DNA from: a virus | DNA length: 64,000 nucleotides | Virus record (IMG/VR): IMGVR_UViG_3300021963_004241 | Span: 32,001 to 96,000 of that record | Strand: one strand, 5' to 3' | In this document: positions 58,068-64,000 of the stretch, piece by piece | Layout of the letters: each line of letters starts with the position of its first letter | Position numbering within the stretch: the first letter of the stretch is position 1 | Notes under the pieces: generated by a model | Told to the model about the DNA's origin: nothing | What the model saw: the letters and a program-made list of their open reading frames with translations, nothing else | Database searches by the model: none | Translations under genes and position numbers: made by a program

Positions 58068-59149
58068 TGCCAGATTTTAAGTTTTTAGATCAAACTAATA
58101 ATCATCACTCATTTCAAGTAGCTTGGGAATCTACTTTAAAATGTAATCTTGATTGTAGTTATTGCGGTGATGGGCACGACAATAAGATAGATCATCCTAG
58201 TTTAGAAGATAGTTTATCTACAATTGACTTTATAGTAGAGTATCTCAATCTTTACATGATGGATAGGCCCGAGCATATAAGATTTGCAAATCTAAATATC
58301 CAAGGCGGAGAAAGTATATTCCATCCAAATATTATAGAAATATTAGAGTACTTGAGAAAAAAGAAAAGCCTCTACAATGATTGGAACTTGAATGTAGCAT
58401 TGATTACAAATGGAACTACAGGAACCGATCGATGGAAACGTATTGCAGATCTTGTTGACTACTTTACAATGAGTTTTCATTCAGAAAGCTTGCCTAAGCA
58501 ACAGGAACTATTTAAATCTAATGTTCTTTATCTTAGAGATCAAAAAAAGAATTTTAAAGTTTCCGTATTGATGCATCCTAAACACTGGGATAGGTGTGTA
58601 GAGATTGTTGAATGGTGTAAAGAAAACAATATAAGTTATACTCCAAGACAACTAGATCATACTTGGACTGAGTTTAGATTTAATTACAACGCTGAACAAA
58701 CTGAATACTTGACAGGAATAAAACAAGTTCCGATTACAACTAAGGTCATTTCATTTTTTAGAAATGGTATCAATCTTTCTTCTCAGGGCAGAGCTTGCTG
58801 CGGGGGAGAAGTACTATGCACAGACAAAGATAAAGAAACAACCTACATAAAAGGAAATAATTTTAAAGGCTGGCATTGTTCTGTGAATAGATTCTTTCTC
58901 TACATTAGGCAAACAACAGGAGAGATCTATACTAATAAAGACTGTAGAATGAATCTAGAGGGAAAGGTTGGAGTCATAGGGATGTTAAAAGACTCAGATA
59001 AAATTTTAAAAGACCTAAAAGAACGGATATCAACCGATACATTACCAGATATAATTTGTAAGAAACATAGTTGTTGGTGTGGACTGTGTGCTCCTAAAGC
59101 AGAAACAAAAGAAATGTTTGATGAAATAATGGAAAAGTACAAATGCTGA
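58067..59149 (+). CDS. radical SAM protein
   Basis: CNLDCSYC, GRACCGG, CWCGLC. Confidence 0.88.
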   Translation: MPDFKFLDQTNNHHSFQVAWESTLKCNLDCSYCGDGHDNKIDHPSLEDSLSTIDFIVEYLNLYMMDRPEHIRFANLNIQGGESIFHPNIIEILEYLRKKKSLYNDWNLNVALITNGTTGTDRWKRIADLVDYFTMSFHSESLPKQQELFKSNVLYLRDQKKNFKVSVLMHPKHWDRCVEIVEWCKENNISYTPRQLDHTWTEFRFNYNAEQTEYLTGIKQVPITTKVISFFRNGINLSSQGRACCGGEVLCTDKDKETTYIKGNNFKGWHCSVNRFFLYIRQTTGEIYTNKDCRMNLEGKVGVIGMLKDSDKILKDLKERISTDTLPDIICKKHSCWCGLCAPKAETKEMFDEIMEKYKC

Positions 59150-60117
59150 CTCGTGTTATTAACAGCAGAAAATCAAATGTTCTTAGCATAGAATTTATGT
59201 TAGGTAATCTATGCAATTACAAATGTTCGTATTGCTTTCCTGGCAGCAACGAAGGTGATCATCCCTGGCCAGATTATGAATTATTAATTAAAAATTTAAA
59301 ATATCTTTTAGACACTTATAAAAATAACGGTAAAGATGTTTTTGAATTCTACTTAGTAGGTGGTGAACCTACACTGTGGAAGAAGTTGCCTGACTTATGT
59401 AAGTTTTTAAAATCAAATTATAATGCAGTTATCCGATTATCAACTAATGGTTACAAAAGTAGCAACTGGTGGAAACAACATGCTAAGTTGTTTGATGCTG
59501 TAGAAATATCTGTGCATCACGAATATGCCAAACCGCATCACATTATCGATGTAGGGGATGCTCTTTATAGAGAAAAAACTAATCTAGTTGCCAATGTATT
59601 AATGGATCCTGCACATTGGGATAAGTGCAAAGGCATATTAGAGATGTTAAGGGGCAGCGAAAAGCGTTGGCCTATAGTTGCCAAATGGGTACACTTTAAC
59701 GGAGAAAGTAGATACAACTCTGATCAAGTTCAATATCTCGAGAAGCCTCTCAAACGTTGGCCTAATCTATGGTGGTGGTTTACTTTGCCCTACAAAGAAT
59801 ATTATAAACTATGGGTGATCGAGAACGGAAAAAAGAAACTTGTTGCAGATAATTGGCTTACTCTACAAGGGAAAAATAAATTCAAAGGATGGATCTGTAA
59901 CTTAGGTGTAGATCATCTTGAAATATTTCAGACAGGCCGTATAGGTGGCAATTGTAAACAGAAGGTTTACGGGAGAGATTCTTTTTATAATCTCTATGAT
60001 GAGAACTTTGTTAGAGAGTTTAGTCCCAATATCAAACCGATAGTTTGTCAGAAAGACATATGTGAGTGCGGTTTTGAAACCGGAATTAATAAATTTATTC
60101 CAATTCAGCCGTTGTAA
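59143..60117 (+). CDS. radical SAM protein
   Basis: CNYKCSYC, VGGEP, FKGWIC, CECG. Confidence 0.88.
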   Translation: MLTRVINSRKSNVLSIEFMLGNLCNYKCSYCFPGSNEGDHPWPDYELLIKNLKYLLDTYKNNGKDVFEFYLVGGEPTLWKKLPDLCKFLKSNYNAVIRLSTNGYKSSNWWKQHAKLFDAVEISVHHEYAKPHHIIDVGDALYREKTNLVANVLMDPAHWDKCKGILEMLRGSEKRWPIVAKWVHFNGESRYNSDQVQYLEKPLKRWPNLWWWFTLPYKEYYKLWVIENGKKKLVADNWLTLQGKNKFKGWICNLGVDHLEIFQTGRIGGNCKQKVYGRDSFYNLYDENFVREFSPNIKPIVCQKDICECGFETGINKFIPIQPL

Positions 60118-61198
60118 CTTCTTTCCAAAGCTGTTTAAAATCTTCAAACGATTGTGCTTTAGGTACACACATACCACAACCGCATCTCTGATTAGGACAT
60201 ACGATTGCAGGAAGTTTATCCTTGTTTAAAAACTCTTTTAAATTATCTAGGATCTGTTGTGATTCTTTTATATTACCAATAGGACCCTTGCCATCAAATG
60301 TAGCTTGACAAGTTTGATGATGAAAGACATTTCCTGTATGTTGGTCAATGTGCATAAAGAACCAATTAACTGTACAATGCCAATCTTTAAACCAGTTCTT
60401 TACTAACTTTACCTCAGTCCACTCGCCGTTGACTTTTCCTGTAGTGCATCTGCCACCGCAGCAGGCTCGACCTATGTTAGTTCCTTCTTGTTTTTGTTCA
60501 GCCGATCTATCAAGATTCATAAATTTAAAGAACCAATCTTGTTGTTCTTTAGTATATTCGTGACTGGTTCTACGATTCTTACCTTCTGAATCTATGAACC
60601 ATCCCTTGCGTTCCATGTTACCATCACCGATGGGCACAGGGTTTATCTTTGTAATACCGTTAGATCTTAGATTTTCACAAATCTCAACAGCTTCATCGAA
60701 GTGGTCACAGTGTAACATTATATTGGCCTGCACACTCATTCCCGCTTTATGCAATTCAATGATGTTCTTCCAGCTGCGTAACTTTAATTTCGGAGAAGCT
60801 TCCGTATGATAACTGATAGTAACGTGTATAAAGTTATCTAAGATCTTGCTTGTGAATTGAGGTCCCCAGGTTCCGTTGGTAGTAAGACCTAATTTGAATC
60901 CTCCTACGGATTTTATATAATCAATTAAAGGCCAGAAGTTAGGATTAGCCGTAGGCTCACCTCCGGTAAAATCTATATTGCTGTGATCTTTGTATACTCT
61001 TTTGTCTTTATACAAGTCAGTATATTGTTTAATGAAGTTGAAAGTTTCTTTTAATTCTTCTAGTGAGGGGTAAGGACTGTAATTATTGTGTCTGGTGCTT
61101 TCGCAGTAGGAGCAATCTAAGTTACACCTTCTTAACATATCCCAGGTTATCATTAATCCGGAAGGATTTTTTAAATTAATAGCAGTAGTTTCAATCAT
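60095..61198 (-). CDS. radical SAM protein (paralogue of 58067-59149)
   Basis: CNLDCSYC, TGGEP, GRACCGG, CGCGMC. Confidence 0.88.
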   Translation of the reverse strand: MIETTAINLKNPSGLMITWDMLRRCNLDCSYCESTRHNNYSPYPSLEELKETFNFIKQYTDLYKDKRVYKDHSNIDFTGGEPTANPNFWPLIDYIKSVGGFKLGLTTNGTWGPQFTSKILDNFIHVTISYHTEASPKLKLRSWKNIIELHKAGMSVQANIMLHCDHFDEAVEICENLRSNGITKINPVPIGDGNMERKGWFIDSEGKNRRTSHEYTKEQQDWFFKFMNLDRSAEQKQEGTNIGRACCGGRCTTGKVNGEWTEVKLVKNWFKDWHCTVNWFFMHIDQHTGNVFHHQTCQATFDGKGPIGNIKESQQILDNLKEFLNKDKLPAIVCPNQRCGCGMCVPKAQSFEDFKQLWKEVTTAELE

Positions 61199-62108
61199 TT
61201 TTGTATTTTGTTAGCGGGATATCGGCTGCACAAGTACACCAATCTCTAGTACAAACAATTGGACTGGAAGGAATTTCAAATGTTCCTTCGTATATGTTGC
61301 CAAGGCTTCCACCGACCCTACAGGTTGCTCTATGTACTTCACCGTTCCAGTTAATCATCAAACTTTCAATTCCGGCATTACAAGTCCATCCTTTGAATTG
61401 ATTCAAGTGATTCTTAATAATATCATTAGCATGTATTATCTGTTGGTCATCTATTCTGCAATTGGGCTTGGCAGTTGCATCTTGACTTAATAGCCATTCT
61501 AGATCGTCACCGTCATATCTTAAATCATCAAATATATTATGATCTCCATCAGTCCATCTTATCCTACGAACAGCATACCTGATGCCTAACTCTTGGAATT
61601 TTTTCACTACCGTACGAACACTGTGCATGTGTTTATGATGCGCCATTACATTAACATGAAAATCACGCTCGGTGCTGTCATAAAACTTAAGAATAGTGTC
61701 AAACACTCTCATCCATTCTTGTTCGAAGTGCAGACTGAATACTAAATGATTATAAAAAATTTCGTTATCTAAATACCATTTATATCCTCTGGTACCGTTG
61801 GTAGTTACGTTAACCCAAAACACATATTTTCTTTTTAAGTATTCTAGAAAATCCTCGATGTCGGGATGAACGCAAGGTTCTCCACCAGTTAAACTAATTC
61901 TTAAGGGTTTACCTATTTCACATAAAGTATCAACTGCTGACTCGAGAACGTTTATATCAGTGTGAGGACTGTAATTATCGTGTATGCTGCTAGGACAATA
62001 TGAACAGTCGTAGTTACACCGCTTGCCTAGATTCCACTCTACTTTAAGTTGATCCTGATGTGGCCAAGAACTAGTGATCTTGTACAAATTGTTCTCCCAA
62101 CTTATCAA
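61191..62108 (-). CDS. radical SAM protein
   Basis: CNYDCSYC, TGGEP, FKGWTC, CTCAAD. Confidence 0.88.
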   Translation of the reverse strand: MISWENNLYKITSSWPHQDQLKVEWNLGKRCNYDCSYCPSSIHDNYSPHTDINVLESAVDTLCEIGKPLRISLTGGEPCVHPDIEDFLEYLKRKYVFWVNVTTNGTRGYKWYLDNEIFYNHLVFSLHFEQEWMRVFDTILKFYDSTERDFHVNVMAHHKHMHSVRTVVKKFQELGIRYAVRRIRWTDGDHNIFDDLRYDGDDLEWLLSQDATAKPNCRIDDQQIIHANDIIKNHLNQFKGWTCNAGIESLMINWNGEVHRATCRVGGSLGNIYEGTFEIPSSPIVCTRDWCTCAADIPLTKYKND

Positions 62109-63063
62109 ATGATCCGCACTGTCTGCTACATTCTCTTAGAGGTTTATTCATCCAGGTAGATTCTATCTTGTGAAAATAGTCAGAATTAAAAATTTCTTCA
62201 AGTGTATTTTCTCTTAGACTAGGTAGCATATCTATTTGATCCATGTAGTCTACTCTGCTTTCGTGTCTAGGAAGTATCCAACTAAAATCTAACCAGCAAC
62301 AAGGACTAATAGATCCCGATGCTCCTATATAAAATTCTTTATTATTTTGCACCTTGCAGTTTATAAAAGGTTTTTCTACTTTCAATGATTCTACGATTTT
62401 AGGAATCATCTCCTTGCTCTTAACTGTTGGTTGAAGTATATGTGTAGTTTTTCCTCGCTCGTCAATGACGTGCAGTTTATCATCTTGAAATCTAGATGTG
62501 TGTTTAACAGTAAATTTTCTAAATCCTAAATCTTGAGACATAGATCTGCAGGATTCTATCTGGTGTTCATTATGAGCAAACGCTAACATAGCCCATTCAG
62601 CGTTACCGCCTGCTTGTATAAATGCCCGAGCATTTTCTATTATCTTATCAAAGTCAGTATCGATCCTATACAAATGATGTGTATCCTTTAGTCCATCGAT
62701 GCCGAATGCTACCCTTATGTTGAGCTTGGCTAATCTTTCCCACCATTTGATATCTCTAGCACTTCCATTAGTGTGCATATTCAATATAACAGAAGGATTT
62801 ATAGATCTAATGTATTCTAATATTTCTAAACAATCCTTGGCAATTATAGGATCTCCAAGATTCCCGCATAGATTAATTCCCTGTAACTGCTGAATAAAAC
62901 TTTCAGGAAACCATTTTTTAAATACATCTAGATCAATTTCTGTTATTTCAAACAATGGATTTAATATTCCACCATTGATTCTTCTAGGACACATAGGACA
63001 CCTAGCTTGGCATCTTGTGGTTAATTCCAAGTGTATACTTTTTATGTCGGAAAGTTTATACAT
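62071..63063 (-). CDS. radical SAM protein with C-terminal SPASM/twitch
   Basis: CQARCPMC, GNLGDP, PCC, CSRQC. Confidence 0.88.
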   Translation of the reverse strand: MYKLSDIKSIHLELTTRCQARCPMCPRRINGGILNPLFEITEIDLDVFKKWFPESFIQQLQGINLCGNLGDPIIAKDCLEILEYIRSINPSVILNMHTNGSARDIKWWERLAKLNIRVAFGIDGLKDTHHLYRIDTDFDKIIENARAFIQAGGNAEWAMLAFAHNEHQIESCRSMSQDLGFRKFTVKHTSRFQDDKLHVIDERGKTTHILQPTVKSKEMIPKIVESLKVEKPFINCKVQNNKEFYIGASGSISPCCWLDFSWILPRHESRVDYMDQIDMLPSLRENTLEEIFNSDYFHKIESTWMNKPLRECSRQCGSFDKLGEQFVQDH

Positions 63064-64000
63064 AGTCTTTAAACTCTGGCACAGCATCTGTTAGACTTTG
63101 ATTACGTGTGCTGTCTAATCTTTTATTAAATTCAACAAAGTCGTTCCATAGATGACTTTGATCTTTAGCCTGTAGATAATTTATATTATCTTTGATTTGT
63201 TGTCTTGTTACTTTTTCTAGCAAAGCATTTTCTGTTATAGCTGGAAACGTAAACAGTCTTTGTTCTACTGATTTCAATCTGTTAATTGCTTCTTCTTTTA
63301 ACGGTTGAGGCAATACCTGTGCAGATAACACATTAGGGTAACTTACTCTATGACTATAGAATACTATTCCTAATTCGTTGATAAAATGATCTACACATTC
63401 TGCAGCCTGTAATATATTAGCGGCCTGCGCGGTAAATGCTCCTACTATTCGCGTAACATTTTTGATTTTTTGTATTTCTCGTATGTTGTTAACAACCAAA
63501 TCCCAGTTACTGTTAGTGCGTATGTAATTGTAAACATTCCCAACGCCGTCAAGGCTGACATTAACGGCAACTGATCTAAACTTAGGCCAATATTCGTGAA
63601 CACTTCTTCCTCCCTTTATTCCTAGTGTTGTGCCATTAGTGGCATATTTTAATTCTATATTCTTGCCATATGGCTCTAGCATATCTAGTATTCGATAATG
63701 CTGCGGATCCATTAGAGGTTCGCCGCCTGCAAATTCTACACGTCTAAAATGAGGAAGTAATTTTTCAAAACTATTCCACCAATTATCAGTGTTATCAAAC
63801 GGTCCTATGTATTGTCCGGGAGTCTTAACTAACTTGGCTACAGTAGGTACTAGGTAATTGTTTTCTTTTTCGTAGAAAGGTTTAACTTCATCCCAATCTT
63901 TCCAGTTCGTGCTATCCAACGGATTGCACATTCTACATTTGAGATTGCAAAGATTGTTAAGTTTAATCTCAATAGTAGGAAATGTAAATGGCATATTGAA
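63056..64000 (-). CDS. radical SAM protein (5'-partial)
   Basis: CNLKCRMC, AGGEP, ATNG; runs off the window end. Confidence 0.88.
   Translation of the reverse strand, partial: FNMPFTFPTIEIKLNNLCNLKCRMCNPLDSTNWKDWDEVKPFYEKENNYLVPTVAKLVKTPGQYIGPFDNTDNWWNSFEKLLPHFRRVEFAGGEPLMDPQHYRILDMLEPYGKNIELKYATNGTTLGIKGGRSVHEYWPKFRSVAVNVSLDGVGNVYNYIRTNSNWDLVVNNIREIQKIKNVTRIVGAFTAQAANILQAAECVDHFINELGIVFYSHRVSYPNVLSAQVLPQPLKEEAINRLKSVEQRLFTFPAITENALLEKVTRQQIKDNINYLQAKDQSHLWNDFVEFNKRLDSTRNQSLTDAVPEFKDYV

Overview
A 64-kb, AT-rich, gene-dense segment of a large T4-like (myovirus-type/jumbo) dsDNA bacteriophage. A proteobacterial host is inferred from the sigma70 promoters and the IscU/IscA style. Layout: (1) 1-5.3 kb: PhoH end, dCMP deaminase, clamp loader, cytidylyltransferase, UDP-glucose dehydrogenase, GroES and a stand-alone DnaE fragment. 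(2) 5.3-20.6 kb: baseplate/tail-fibre structural genes, including a 2969-aa protein. (3) 20.6-33 kb: IscA, IscU, SOD, UvsE, glycosyltransferase, QueD, ThyX and hypotheticals. (4) 33-37 kb: an RNA-repair module (ligase, kinase, HD, metallophosphoesterase, CX5R phosphatase). (5) 37.2-47.9 kb: a minus-strand array of 31 CCA-encoding tRNAs covering all 20 amino acids. It is interleaved with structured non-coding elements, including a ~890-nt GOLLD-like RNA with an embedded tRNA and a circularly permuted tRNA-like (Y-RNA-like) domain. (6) 48-64 kb: ten radical SAM genes plus 2OG-Fe(II) oxygenases, SDRs and kinase-like genes. The best candidate for an undescribed system is at the head of the tRNA region. 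A 47-codon leader peptide (47719-47862, absent from the ORF track) contains all 20 amino acids in its first 36 codons and is coupled to mutually exclusive antiterminator/terminator hairpins. This suggests a putative 'universal tRNA-depletion-sensing' transcription attenuator. All calls come from reading the sequence by eye; no searches were run.
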